From Pseudolabrys sp. (GTDB lineage: Bacteria; Pseudomonadota; Alphaproteobacteria; Rhizobiales; Xanthobacteraceae): a stretch of 50,458 nt of DNA. Where the stretch lies: NCBI GenBank assembly GCA_035549515.1, contig DASZQT010000403.1:1-50458 (forward strand), written 5' to 3'. The notes beneath the pieces were generated by a model. That model was not told the DNA's origin and searched no databases. It saw only the letters and a list, made by a program, of their open reading frames with translations. The position numbers were made by a program, and so were the translations under genes. Of the stretch, positions 17,662 through 27,594 are shown piece after piece (the first letter of the stretch is position 1; each line of letters starts with the position of its first letter).

Positions 17662-18243
17662 ATGAACCACGACAGTTACCCCGACAGCTATATCCGCGGC
17701 ATCCTCAACACGGTGAAGACCGTCGCCATGGTCGGCTTCTCTCCAAAAGAGAACCGGCCGAGCTATTTCGTGTTCAAATATCTCCTGGAGCGCGGCTATC
17801 GCGTCATCCCGATCAATCCCGGTTACGCCGGCAAGGAGGCGCTCGGGCAGAAGATCTATGCTTCGCTCAAGGATGTCCCCGAGCCGATTGACATGGTCGA
17901 CATCTTCCGCGCCTCCGAACATGTGCTGCCGATCGTGCAGGAAGCCATCGCGCTCAATCCGCGCCCGCAGGTGATCTGGATGCAGTTGACCGTGCGCAAC
18001 GACGAAGCCGCCGCGCTGGCGGAAGCCAATGGCATGCAGGTTGTCATGAACCGCTGCCCGAAAATCGAATACGGCCGGCTGTCGTCGGAGATCTCCTGGA
18101 TCGGCGTCAACTCGCGCACGGTCAGCGCCAAGCGGCCGCAGGCGCTCGGCGCGGGCGTGCAGAAACTGGGACTTTCAGAAGGCCCGAGCCGAGGCGGCGC
18201 AAGCGGCGGAACGCAAGATAAGACGCCGTCGGAAAATCGGTAA
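17662..18243 (+). CDS. CoA-binding protein (YccU-like)
   Basis: VAMVGFSPKENRPS, IDMVDIFR, IWMQL, VMNRCPKIEY. Confidence 0.92.
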   Translation: MNHDSYPDSYIRGILNTVKTVAMVGFSPKENRPSYFVFKYLLERGYRVIPINPGYAGKEALGQKIYASLKDVPEPIDMVDIFRASEHVLPIVQEAIALNPRPQVIWMQLTVRNDEAAALAEANGMQVVMNRCPKIEYGRLSSEISWIGVNSRTVSAKRPQALGAGVQKLGLSEGPSRGGASGGTQDKTPSENR

Positions 18244-18336
18244 CCTGGCAGGCGTCGCTAAGACGTAATTCCATGCTCTGATCTCGCTCAAACGCGGCCG
18301 GCGCCTTCCGGACTGCAGCGTTGCCGTTCTGTTGCC

Positions 18337-18366
18337 TTGACGCCACGCCCGCCTGCCCCGTTTAAT
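18337..18366 (+). promoter_or_regulatory. Putative sigma-70 promoter of metY
   Basis: TTGACG-N18-TTTAAT, 65 nt upstream of the start codon. Confidence 0.45.
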
Positions 18367-18430
18367 TGTGCCCACAGCCGCGACCGGCCCAACGGCGGGC
18401 GCGCGTACAAAACCTCAACAGGGGGGAATA

Positions 18431-19717
18431 ATGGCCGAAGCCGAGCACACTCCGGGTTTCAACACGCTCTCGATCCATGCCGGCGCCAAGCCGGACCCCA
18501 CCACGGGCGCGCGCGCAACGCCGATCTACCAGACCACCTCCTTCGTGTTCGACGATGTCGATCACGCCGCCTCGCTGTTCGGCCTGCAGGCCTTCGGCAA
18601 CATCTATACCCGCATCACCAACCCGACCTCGGCCGTGCTGGAAGAGCGCGTCGCCGCACTCGAAGGCGGCACCGCGGGCCTGGCGGTCGCTTCCGGCCAT
18701 GCCGCGCAGGTACTGGTGATGCATACGCTGATGACGCCGGGCGATGAGTTCGTCGCCTCCAAGAAGCTCTATGGTGGCTCGATCAACCAGTTCAATCATT
18801 CCTACAAGAATTTCGGCTGGAACGTGGTCTGGGCCGACCCGGACGACATCTCGACTTTCGAGAAGGGCGTGACGCCGAAGACCAAGGCGATCTTCATTGA
18901 ATCGCTCGCCAACCCGGGCGGCATCGTCACCGACATCGAGGCGATCGCCAATATCGCGCGCAAGGCCGGCGTGCCGCTCATCGTCGACAACACGCTGGCC
19001 ACGCCCTATCTGTGCAAGCCGATCGACTACGGCGCCGATGTCATCGTGCATTCGCTCACCAAATTCCTCGGCGGCCACGGCAACTCGATCGGCGGCATGA
19101 TCGTCGATGGTGGCACCTTCAACTGGTCGCGCGACAAGAAATACCCGATGCTGTGCGAACCGCGGCCGGAATATTCCGGCATGGTGCTGCACGAGACCTT
19201 CGGCAATTTTGCTTTCGCCATCGCCTGCCGCGTGCTCGGCCTGCGCGACCTCGGGCCGGCACTATCGCCGTTCAACGCCTTCCTCATCTTGAACGGCATC
19301 GAAACGTTGTCGCTGCGCATGCAGCGTCATTGCGACAATGCGCTGGCGGTGGCGCAGTGGCTGTCGCAGCGGCCGGAAGTGGCCTGGGTCAGCTATCCGG
19401 GCCTGCCCACCGACAAATACCATGCGCTCGCCCAGAAATACGTGCCGAAGGGCTCGGGTGCGGTATTCACTTTCGGACTTAAAGGCGGATACGACGCCGG
19501 CGTGAAGCTCGTCTCCAAGGTCAAGCTGTTCTCGCACCTTGCCAATATCGGCGATACCCGCTCGCTCATCATCCATCCGGCCTCGACCACGCACCGGCAA
19601 TTGTCCGACGCGCAGAAGGTCGCGGCCGGGGCCGGGCCGGACGTCGTGCGGCTGTCCGTCGGCATCGAGGACGTCGCCGACATCATTGCCGATCTCGAGC
19701 AGGGACTGACGGACTGA
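18431..19717 (+). CDS. metY: O-acetylhomoserine aminocarboxypropyltransferase (sulfhydrylase)
   Basis: PIYQTTSF, GNIYTRITNPT, VDNT, PLP-lysine motif HSLTKFLGGHG, LANIGD, HPASTTH. Confidence 0.93.
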   Translation: MAEAEHTPGFNTLSIHAGAKPDPTTGARATPIYQTTSFVFDDVDHAASLFGLQAFGNIYTRITNPTSAVLEERVAALEGGTAGLAVASGHAAQVLVMHTLMTPGDEFVASKKLYGGSINQFNHSYKNFGWNVVWADPDDISTFEKGVTPKTKAIFIESLANPGGIVTDIEAIANIARKAGVPLIVDNTLATPYLCKPIDYGADVIVHSLTKFLGGHGNSIGGMIVDGGTFNWSRDKKYPMLCEPRPEYSGMVLHETFGNFAFAIACRVLGLRDLGPALSPFNAFLILNGIETLSLRMQRHCDNALAVAQWLSQRPEVAWVSYPGLPTDKYHALAQKYVPKGSGAVFTFGLKGGYDAGVKLVSKVKLFSHLANIGDTRSLIIHPASTTHRQLSDAQKVAAGAGPDVVRLSVGIEDVADIIADLEQGLTD

Positions 19718-19718
19718 G

Positions 19719-20510
19719 GTGGTGCCTCACGATGTGAACGGAGGCCGGGGCGCGGGCAGACTCGCGCTCCAATTTTTCGTCGCGCTGCTGTTGCCGCTAT
19801 CGGGCCCTGCGCAAAGCGCCCCGCGCCTGCCGGATGGCTTCGTTTATCTGCGCGATGTCGACCCGAGCATCCGGCAGGACATGCGCTATGCCGGCGTGAA
19901 CAATTTCGTCGGCCATCTCCTGCCCGGCTACCGTGCCGGCGAATGCCTGCTGCGGCGGCCGGTGGCCCTCGCGCTCAAGGCCGTGCAGGCCGACCTGGCA
20001 CGGCAAAGTCTCTCACTCAAGGTCTATGACTGCTATCGCCCGACCCGGGCGGTCGCACGCATGGCGCAATGGGCGGACAGTCCGGGGGCCAAGCCGGACA
20101 CGTCGCGGTTTTATCCCGGGCTGAAGAAAGCAAACCTGTTTTCGCTCGGCTATATCGCCAGCCATTCCGCGCATTCGCGCGGCGTCGCGATCGATCTCAC
20201 CGTGGTGCCGAAAGATGGCCCGCCGCCCGCGCCCTACGATGCACACGCGCAGTATGGCTCATGCGCCGGTCCGGTGGCGCAACGCGCGCCCGACGACAGC
20301 CTCGACATGGGAACGAGCTTCGATTGCTTCAGCGTGAGGAGCTATACGCGCAATGGCTCAATCACGGCCGAGCAGCATGCGCGCCGGCAAGTTCTGCTGA
20401 ATGCCATGGCTCGCCACGGCTTCGTCAATTACAAGCGCGAATGGTGGCACTTCTCGTATCCGGCCGCCGATACGCGGCGGGAATACGATTTCGCGATTGA
20501 GGCGCGCTAA
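19719..20510 (+). CDS. D-Ala-D-Ala dipeptidase (peptidase M15D, VanX/DdpX-like), with signal peptide
   Basis: DMRYAGVNNF, VYDCYRP, SAHSRGVAIDLT, DMGTSFD, EWWHF; start uncertain. Confidence 0.9.
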   Translation: MVPHDVNGGRGAGRLALQFFVALLLPLSGPAQSAPRLPDGFVYLRDVDPSIRQDMRYAGVNNFVGHLLPGYRAGECLLRRPVALALKAVQADLARQSLSLKVYDCYRPTRAVARMAQWADSPGAKPDTSRFYPGLKKANLFSLGYIASHSAHSRGVAIDLTVVPKDGPPPAPYDAHAQYGSCAGPVAQRAPDDSLDMGTSFDCFSVRSYTRNGSITAEQHARRQVLLNAMARHGFVNYKREWWHFSYPAADTRREYDFAIEAR

Positions 20511-20522
20511 GTTTAGGTCGCA

Positions 20523-20627
20523 GCCACCCACACACGCTCCGTTCATTCCCGCGAAAGCGGGAATCCAGCGCTGCCTCTCAGTTCTGGGTCCCCGCTTTCG
20601 CGGGGACGAACGGTGGGTGTGGGTGGC
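20523..20627. repeat. REP-like palindromic element between convergent genes
   Basis: Nested inverted repeats gccacccacac...ccgttcattcccgcgaaagcgggaatccag...ctgggtccccgctttcgcggggacgaacgg...gtgtgggtggc. Confidence 0.85.
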
Positions 20628-20652
20628 ACGCTTTTGGACCAAGGTCCGCGCG

Positions 20653-21405
20653 CTACTTCGTCAATGTCCGCGCCACGTAATCGCGGATACGCGCGAGCGT
20701 CTCGTCCGCGCACCAGATCTCGGTGACCGCCTTGTCGGTCGCGGCCCCGCTCCTTTGAACGCGCTCGCTCACCTCGGCACGGAGCTGGTGCTTGGTCTGT
20801 GCAAAGGCGGCCGGCGACAGCTCGGCCAGTTCGCGCGCGACCGCCAGCGCATCGTCGAGAAGATCGGCCGGCTCGGCGATCTCATCGATCCAGCCGCGGT
20901 CGAGCGCCGCATCGACGTCATAGGTCGCTCCGCTCAGCGTGAACTCCGCGAGGTTGCGCTTGGGCACCGCGTAGCGCACGACTTCGAACGCAAGCGCGGG
21001 AAACGCCACGCCGACCAAGAGCTCGGTCACGCCAATGCGGCTGCCGCCGCGCGCCATGATGCGGCGGTCGGCGCAGGCGGCGAGCACCGCGCCGCCCGCA
21101 ATGGCATGGCCGTTGATCGCCGCCACCACGGGCTTCGGGTGATAGAACACGGTGTCATAGAGCCGGTGCAGTGCGGGCAAAAATCCCCGCACATAGGCCG
21201 CGCCGCCCTCGCTCACGCGCTTCAGGTCGACGCCGGCGGAGAATATCTTGCCGCGCCCGGTCAGCACGACCGCCCGGGCATCGGAGCGCGCGAGCGCCTC
21301 GAACCGCGCCGCCAGCGCCTCGCAGAATTCACTGTCGAGCGCATTGGCCTTGCCGTGCTGCAGCGTCAGCACGGCCACGCCGGCGTCGTTGGCGATCTCG
21401 ATCAC
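20653..21405 (-). CDS. Enoyl-CoA hydratase/isomerase family protein
   Basis: KANALD, FSAGVDL, PKPVVAAINGHAIAGG, IGVTELLVG; GTGA overlap with ctaA. Confidence 0.92.
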   Translation of the reverse strand: MIEIANDAGVAVLTLQHGKANALDSEFCEALAARFEALARSDARAVVLTGRGKIFSAGVDLKRVSEGGAAYVRGFLPALHRLYDTVFYHPKPVVAAINGHAIAGGAVLAACADRRIMARGGSRIGVTELLVGVAFPALAFEVVRYAVPKRNLAEFTLSGATYDVDAALDRGWIDEIAEPADLLDDALAVARELAELSPAAFAQTKHQLRAEVSERVQRSGAATDKAVTEIWCADETLARIRDYVARTLTK

Positions 21406-22484
21406 GCCCCCTGCTCCGCAGCCACGACACGCGGCAGTCGAAAGGTCTCGCGATGCGACAGCCGTTCCGCATGCATGATCGCCACCGTCAGCGTGAGGAT
21501 CGCCAGCACCTGATGCGCGAGCGCAAGCGGCAACGGCGCCAGGTTCAGCAGCGTGATAATGCCGAGTGTCGCTTGCAAGGTCACCGCGCCGGCCACGATC
21601 AACGCGCCGCGCACCTCACGCCCGGCGCGCCAGGCGTCGTTCAGGTGAAACATGGCCAGCAGCCAGATGGCATAGGCCGTCATACGATGGTCGAACTGCA
21701 CCGTGAGCACATTCTCGAACAGATTGCGCCAAGCCGGCGCGACGAACCACAGCCGCGCCGCCTCCGGCACGAAACTGCCGTCGATCAAAGGCCACGTATT
21801 GTAAGCGAGCCCGGCATTGAGGCCGGCAACCAGCGCGCCGAGATAAATCTGAATGACCAGCAGCACCGGCAGCGCCAGCGCCACGATGCGCAGCCGCGCG
21901 GGCGCTTCGCTCGGACGTTGCGAAGCCAGTTGCTGCGCGGTCCACAGGATCGCGGCATAGATCGCGGTCGCCAACGTCAGATGAAAGGCGAGCCGGTATT
22001 GCGACACGCTGACGCGGTTCGAGCCGGCAAGCCCCGAGGACACCATCCACCAGCCGACCGCGCCAAGCGCCGCGCCGGCAAAGAAGATGGTCCATAGCCG
22101 CGTCTTGAGCCTGGGCGGGATCCAGCCGCGCCAGAGGAAAAACAAGAACGGCAGCAAGAACACCGCGCCGGTCGAGCGCGCCAGCAGCCGGTGCGTCCAT
22201 TCCCACCAGAAAATGACCTTGAACTCGGCAAGGCTCATGCCTCGGTTGAGCTCGCGGTATTGCGGAATGGCCTGGTATTTCGTGAATTCAACTTGCCACT
22301 GGCTGTCCGACAGCGGCGGCAGCACGCCGGTGACCGGCTTCCATTCGGTGATCGACAGGCCGCTCTCGGTCAGGCGTGTGGCGCCGCCGACCACCAGCGT
22401 GAGGAAAATCATGGCGGCGGCGGCCAGAAGCCAGAGCCGCACCGCGCGCGTGCGATAGTCGGAGGATGTGTCGATCGTCGTCAT
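21402..22484 (-). CDS. ctaA: Heme A synthase (COX15/CtaA type 2)
   Basis: VGGATRLTESGLSITEW, FWWEWTHRL, VSQYRLAFHL, GALVAG, VQFDHR, LAHQ. Confidence 0.94.
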   Translation of the reverse strand: MTTIDTSSDYRTRAVRLWLLAAAAMIFLTLVVGGATRLTESGLSITEWKPVTGVLPPLSDSQWQVEFTKYQAIPQYRELNRGMSLAEFKVIFWWEWTHRLLARSTGAVFLLPFLFFLWRGWIPPRLKTRLWTIFFAGAALGAVGWWMVSSGLAGSNRVSVSQYRLAFHLTLATAIYAAILWTAQQLASQRPSEAPARLRIVALALPVLLVIQIYLGALVAGLNAGLAYNTWPLIDGSFVPEAARLWFVAPAWRNLFENVLTVQFDHRMTAYAIWLLAMFHLNDAWRAGREVRGALIVAGAVTLQATLGIITLLNLAPLPLALAHQVLAILTLTVAIMHAERLSHRETFRLPRVVAAEQGA

Positions 22485-22565
22485 GGAACGCTTGCGTGCC
22501 GGGGATGGCGCGGACCATATAGGCGCCAGCGCCGCACCGCAAATGTTCCCCGTCGAGGGCCTGCC

Positions 22566-22775
22566 ATGTCCATCCGCACCCGCAAATTCATCGGCACCGT
22601 GGGCCTGTTGGCCCTGGTGAGCTTCTGGGCGCTTTTGGCCATGGCGCTGGCGCAATCGGCGCTGACCGACATCAATGGCTGGGTGGCGGTGATCTATTAC
22701 GTCATCGTCGGGCTCGGCTGGGTGCTGCCGGCCATGCCGCTCATTGCCTGGATGTCGCGGCCGGACCGCGCATGA
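22566..22775 (+). CDS. DUF2842-like small membrane protein
   Basis: RTRKFIGTV...YYVIVGLGWVLPAMPLIAWM; divergent from ctaA. Confidence 0.82.
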   Translation: MSIRTRKFIGTVGLLALVSFWALLAMALAQSALTDINGWVAVIYYVIVGLGWVLPAMPLIAWMSRPDRA

Positions 22776-22839
22776 TCTCGAAAAGGCCTGTCCCCGACTT
22801 GATCGGGGATGGGAACCTTGTTTTCGGGTCCGATCATGC
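22769..22839. repeat. Palindromic intergenic repeat (GCATGATC...GATCATGC type)
   Basis: gcatgatctcgaaaag-...tccccgacttgatcgggga...-gttttcgggtccgatcatgc, between convergent genes. Confidence 0.7.
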
Positions 22840-22854
22840 GGCGGCGAATAGTGC

Positions 22855-23910
22855 CTAGGCCGCGTTGACCTGCCGGAAGCCGTTCCACAGCGCGGTGCCG
22901 GCGCCCGACATCAGCACTTTGAGATAGCGTTGCTGCTGGAACTCGCCATTGACCGAAATGCGCGGCAGCGCGGTCAGATGCGCGCGATGCGCCTTGAACA
23001 GCACGCCCGGCCGCGTGGTGACCGCTGTCTTGAAGCCAAGCTCGGCCGCGATGCGGAACTCGCGTGGGCCGGCCGAGGTCGGATCGCCAACCGGGTAAGC
23101 GAGGTGATCGGGGCGCCGGCCGAGCGCTGCTTCCAGCACCGCCCGGCTCTGCTCCATCTCCGCGCGCACGGTCGCATCGTTCGACAGCTTCTTGAGCATG
23201 GGATGATTGACCGTATGCGCGCCGATCGTGCAGAGCGGATCGGCGGCGATCTTAACGATCTCGTCCCAGCCCATGCACATGTCGCGGCAGAAGGCCGGCA
23301 GGTCGACCCGATAGGTCGCGCACAGGTCGCGCACGGTCTTGCGCACCTCGTCCTCGCTCTTCATGCTGCGCAGATAGCCGTAGAGCGCGTCGTAGAGTTC
23401 GCGCTTCTGCTGCACGGTGGCGCATTCGAAGAATTTCTGCTCGCCGTCGATCATCAGCCCGACGCGAGCGTTCTGCGCCACCACCGCTTCGAGCGCGACC
23501 CACCACAATTCGCCCAGCCGGTCGGGAAAGCTGGTCGCGATATAAAGCGCGAACGGCAGTTCGTATTTCTTCAACAGCGGATAGGCGTATTCCAGCATGT
23601 CCTTGTAGCCGTCGTCGAAGGTGAGGCAGACGAAGCGGCGCTTGAAGTCTTCCGCGATGAAGCGGCGATGCATCTCGTCGAGCGAAATCACATCGACGCG
23701 CATGCGCTTGAGCCGGCGCAGCAGGCCATCGAGGAACTTGGGCGTGATCTCGAGCAGCCGGTTGGGCTGGAACGCATCGGGCCGCGGCGGCCGCACATGA
23801 TGCAGCGTCAGTATCACGCCGACCCCGCCCAGCAGCGGGCGCAGCATGTGGTGCAGCCCGGTGAAGTACAGCGTCTCCAGGCCGGTCCGGATGGTGGTGC
23901 GCTTGCTCAA
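22855..23910 (-). CDS. Polysaccharide deacetylase (CE4/NodB family)
   Basis: LTFDDGY, IGAHTVNHP, HLAYPVG, ALPRISV; TTG start at 23910 after GAGAAGG (uncertain). Confidence 0.92.
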   Translation of the reverse strand: MSKRTTIRTGLETLYFTGLHHMLRPLLGGVGVILTLHHVRPPRPDAFQPNRLLEITPKFLDGLLRRLKRMRVDVISLDEMHRRFIAEDFKRRFVCLTFDDGYKDMLEYAYPLLKKYELPFALYIATSFPDRLGELWWVALEAVVAQNARVGLMIDGEQKFFECATVQQKRELYDALYGYLRSMKSEDEVRKTVRDLCATYRVDLPAFCRDMCMGWDEIVKIAADPLCTIGAHTVNHPMLKKLSNDATVRAEMEQSRAVLEAALGRRPDHLAYPVGDPTSAGPREFRIAAELGFKTAVTTRPGVLFKAHRAHLTALPRISVNGEFQQQRYLKVLMSGAGTALWNGFRQVNAA

Positions 23911-24026
23911 ACCGGTGACGCCTTCTCGAATCCCAAAAGACGAAATCGACCCACTATTCCAACCCTTTATTGATAAATCTTTGCGAAGCTGTGACCTCCT
24001 GACGCAGCAACACAAGAACCCTGAAA

Positions 24027-25241
24027 ATGAGCGTCGTTGCCCTCCGACCCGCGACTTCCCGGAACCCGCCCGTCGCGGTTCCCGACCTCGACGTCGCCCG
24101 GGTCGAGATTTTCGACAGCATCGCCGCCGCCGAACCGGCCTGGCGCGCCTTGGAACAGGGCCATTGCATCTCCACCCCCTATCAGCGCTACGATTTCCTG
24201 CAGCTTTGGCAGCGCCATGTCGGCGCGCCGGCCGGAGTCGAGCCCTTTGTCGTGGTCGCCTTCAATGGCGCCGGGGTTCCCCTCTTCCTGTGGCCGCTGG
24301 GCCGCCGGCGGGTATGCGGCCTTAAGGTGGCCGAGTTCCTCGGCGGAAAGCACGCCAATTTCAACATGGGGTTGTGGCAGCGCGACGTTGCGCCCCGCAT
24401 CGGCGCCAAGGAACTGCGTGCGGTTTTGGATGAACTCAAGGGCCGCATCGACCTGCTGGCGCTGGTCAACCAGCCGCTGACCTGGTCCGGCAGCACCAAT
24501 CCGCTCGCCGCGCTCAAGCATCAACGCTCGGCCAATTGCGGCTTCAGCGGCGCGCTCTCCGCCGACTTCGAGGCGTTGTTGCGAGCGCGCACCAATTCCG
24601 CCACCCGCAAGAAGATGCGCAAGAAGGAACGCACGCTCGCCGGCTACGGCAATGTGCGCCTCGAACGCGCCAGCGAGCCGTGCGAGATCAGGCGGGTGCT
24701 CGACGCCTTTTTCAAGCAGAAGAGCACGCGCATGCGCCGGCGCGGCGTCTCCGACGTGTTTGCGGCGCCGGAGACGCGGCGTTTCATCGAAGCGGCGGCG
24801 ACCGAGACAGCGGCCGGTCAGGCGCCGCCGGTCGAACTCTATGCGCTCAAGGTCGACGACATCGTCGTGGCGACCATGGGCGGCACCGTCGGCGGCGGCC
24901 GCTTCTGCGGCATGTTCAATTCGATCCTGAGCGACCGCTTCGCGGCGGAAAGCCCCGGCGAGCAATTGCTCGCGCAGCTCGTGCGCCAATGCTGCGAACG
25001 CGGACTGACCGCATTCGATCTCGGCATCGGCGAGTCGCACTACAAAGGGCTGTTCTGCCCCGACGTCGAGCCGCTGTTCGACAGCTTTCTGCCGCTCAGC
25101 AATGCCGGCCGTTTGATGGCGATCGCCTATCGGCTGGCGGCCACCGGCAAGCGCGTCGTCAAGGAGCACCCGGCGCTGATGTCGATGGTCGGCTCGCTGC
25201 GCCGCCTGCGCGCCCGGCTATCGCCGGAGGCGCAGTGCTAG
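24027..25241 (+). CDS. GNAT acetyltransferase, CelD/BcsL type (UppA-like)
   Basis: TPYQRYDF, FLGGKHANFN, SPGEQLL, FDLGIGESHYK. Confidence 0.85.
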   Translation: MSVVALRPATSRNPPVAVPDLDVARVEIFDSIAAAEPAWRALEQGHCISTPYQRYDFLQLWQRHVGAPAGVEPFVVVAFNGAGVPLFLWPLGRRRVCGLKVAEFLGGKHANFNMGLWQRDVAPRIGAKELRAVLDELKGRIDLLALVNQPLTWSGSTNPLAALKHQRSANCGFSGALSADFEALLRARTNSATRKKMRKKERTLAGYGNVRLERASEPCEIRRVLDAFFKQKSTRMRRRGVSDVFAAPETRRFIEAAATETAAGQAPPVELYALKVDDIVVATMGGTVGGGRFCGMFNSILSDRFAAESPGEQLLAQLVRQCCERGLTAFDLGIGESHYKGLFCPDVEPLFDSFLPLSNAGRLMAIAYRLAATGKRVVKEHPALMSMVGSLRRLRARLSPEAQC

Positions 25242-27439
25242 GCCGCGGCGGCCTGCGTTACGCCAGTCAGCAACGTCACGTCGGCAAAACCCGCCAGCAA
25301 CAACTTCTCGCGCGCGGCGAGCGTTTCCGGTTTATCGGGGTCGGCCGCCACCAGAACGGCACGCGCCGCCAGCGGGACGAAACGCTCGACCGCGACATCG
25401 GCGGCCGAACCGATGTCGAGCACCACATGATCGTAGCTGCGCGCCAGCGCCTCGATGGTGGTCGCCAGCACGGGCGAAACGGCCAGCATGGCGCCGTCGG
25501 AGCCGACCGCCCCGGTCGCGATCACATGCACGTTGGAATATTGGTCGCGCGTGATGATATCGCCGAACGAAGCCGTGCCGCGCACCAGTTCGGCCAGGCC
25601 GGGCGCGTCCGGATCGATCGAGATCACCGACAGGTTGGGCGCACCAAACGCCAGATCGACCAGCGCCACGCTGCCGTCTTTCGACAGCGCGCGCGCGAGC
25701 TGGATCGCCGCATACGTGGTGCCGACATTGCGCGCGGTGCCGACCACCGTGACGCGGCGGCCGGCCGCGCCCGCCTGACGAAGGCCGCGGGCAATTTGCT
25801 CGACATTGTGCGCGGGCGTCACCGCCGCCGCTTGCGCCGGCGCCGGCGCAACGACGGGCTCCGGTGCGGGACCGACGTCCATGACCGGTGACAAGGGCGG
25901 GGATGCCATGCGCGGGGCCGCCGAGAAGACGACAGGCGCGACGGGCGCCGAATAGGCCGGCGCGGCGTAGGCCGTCGGCGCATAAGGATAGGCATAGGGT
26001 GCCGCCGCCACGGCCGGTGAAGGGGCGAGCAGCGCGCCGGTGACCGTCAAGCCCGCCGACAGAGCAAAGGCCGCGAAGGCCGCGATCAGCACGGTCGCGA
26101 GCTTCTTCGGATAGGCCGGTTGCAAAGCCGGGCTCGCGCGCGAGATGATGCGCGCCTCCGGCGGCGCGGCGTCGATGCTGTCACGAGCGGTGGCCTCGCG
26201 ATACTTGGTCAAATAAGATTCCAGCAGGTCGCGCTGCGTCCTGGCCTCGCGTTCGAGCGCACGCAACGCAACGTCCTGCTCGTTGCTCTCCGAGGCGAGT
26301 TTCTTGACTTGATTGAGGCTGGCGGTGAGCTGCACGAGCCTGTCGCCGGCAAGCCTGGAATCGTTGTCGAGCTGGCGGGCGAGCCGCTCGCCTTCGTCGC
26401 GGATCTGGCGGTCGCTCTCGGCGATCTGCGCCTTAAGTTCCTTGATGCGCGGATGCTGGTCGAGCAACGTGGTCGACTGCTCGGCGAGTTGCGCGCGCAA
26501 GGCGATCCGCTGCTCGATCAGACGGCGCATGGCATCCGAATTGGCGATATCCGAGGATTCGATCGGCTTTCCCGAACGGATAAGCTCGCGCAACTGCTGC
26601 GCCCTCGCCTTCAGGTCGGCCTGCTGTCCGCGCGCCGCCGCGATCTGCGAATTAAGTTCGGTGAGCTGCTGGCTCGGCAGCGAGGTGTTGTTGGTGCCGA
26701 CAAACAGGTTGGACCTGGCCCGATATTCCTCGACCTTCGCCTCGGCTTCGGCCACGCGCTTACGCATCTTCTCGATTTCGCCGGCGAGCCACTCTCCGGC
26801 GGCGCGTGTCTGGTCCTGCCGCGCCGTCTGCTGCATGGTAAGATAGGTCTCGGCAATGGTGTTGGCGACGCGGGCTGCGAGATCGGGATTGGCCGACGAG
26901 AAGTCGATGGAGATGACGCGAGACTTCTCGACCGCCGAGACGTTGAGACGATCGTAAAAAGCCTCCAGCGCGCGCTCTTCGCGGGTCATCGCGCTCACGT
27001 CGCGACCGATGCCGATCATGCCGAGCAGCGTTCGGAAAAATCCCCCAGAATCGAATTCCGGATTGTCGGCGAGCTTTTCCTTGGCGATCACCTGCCGCGC
27101 CAGATCGCGCGACAGCACGACCTGGATCTGACTGGCCACGGCCTCTGCATCGATGGTGGTGCGGTCGAGGCTTTTTTCAGCCTCCGGACGCAGGAAGGCG
27201 TTTTCACGCGTCTCCAACAGCAGACGCGCCTCTGAACGGTAACGCGGGGTGATGGCATTGACGACGACGAACGCCAGCGCCGCCGCGATCAGCGTATGGG
27301 TGAGGATCCGGTAGCGCTTCTGCCACAACAGCCGGCCGAGCCCTGCCAGATCCGGCTCTCCGGTGACGGAATAGGGGGCAACCTCGGGCGCCCGCTCAGG
27401 CGCGGCGGGAGCCGCTTTCAACTTTCGACCGAACAACAT
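25238..27439 (-). CDS. Polysaccharide co-polymerase/chain-length determinant, GumC/Wzc-like (UppB-like)
   Basis: TM1 with PRYRSEARLL, SQIQVVLSRDLA, coiled coil with HPRIKEL, ARIISRA...PAYPK plus TM2, degenerate P-loop domain; GGAG RBS before ATG 27439. Confidence 0.9.
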   Translation of the reverse strand: MLFGRKLKAAPAAPERAPEVAPYSVTGEPDLAGLGRLLWQKRYRILTHTLIAAALAFVVVNAITPRYRSEARLLLETRENAFLRPEAEKSLDRTTIDAEAVASQIQVVLSRDLARQVIAKEKLADNPEFDSGGFFRTLLGMIGIGRDVSAMTREERALEAFYDRLNVSAVEKSRVISIDFSSANPDLAARVANTIAETYLTMQQTARQDQTRAAGEWLAGEIEKMRKRVAEAEAKVEEYRARSNLFVGTNNTSLPSQQLTELNSQIAAARGQQADLKARAQQLRELIRSGKPIESSDIANSDAMRRLIEQRIALRAQLAEQSTTLLDQHPRIKELKAQIAESDRQIRDEGERLARQLDNDSRLAGDRLVQLTASLNQVKKLASESNEQDVALRALEREARTQRDLLESYLTKYREATARDSIDAAPPEARIISRASPALQPAYPKKLATVLIAAFAAFALSAGLTVTGALLAPSPAVAAAPYAYPYAPTAYAAPAYSAPVAPVVFSAAPRMASPPLSPVMDVGPAPEPVVAPAPAQAAAVTPAHNVEQIARGLRQAGAAGRRVTVVGTARNVGTTYAAIQLARALSKDGSVALVDLAFGAPNLSVISIDPDAPGLAELVRGTASFGDIITRDQYSNVHVIATGAVGSDGAMLAVSPVLATTIEALARSYDHVVLDIGSAADVAVERFVPLAARAVLVAADPDKPETLAAREKLLLAGFADVTLLTGVTQAAAA

Positions 27440-27594
27440 CACTACTCCACACGCATGCCGGTACGGCAGCATTGAGATCACAAACCATTATGGTTGCTTT
27501 GTGGTTAATTTCGTCCCCACAATTCGATTTCATGCGATTTTCTCAAGGGTTTACTGACAACCGCGCGGGGCGTCGCCGGCCGCGCAAATATGCT

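Noticed and set aside
18244-18430. SAM riboswitch upstream of metY
   Set aside because: I could not find the conserved SAM-II/SAM-alpha or SAM-SAH elements by eye; a covariance-model search would be needed.
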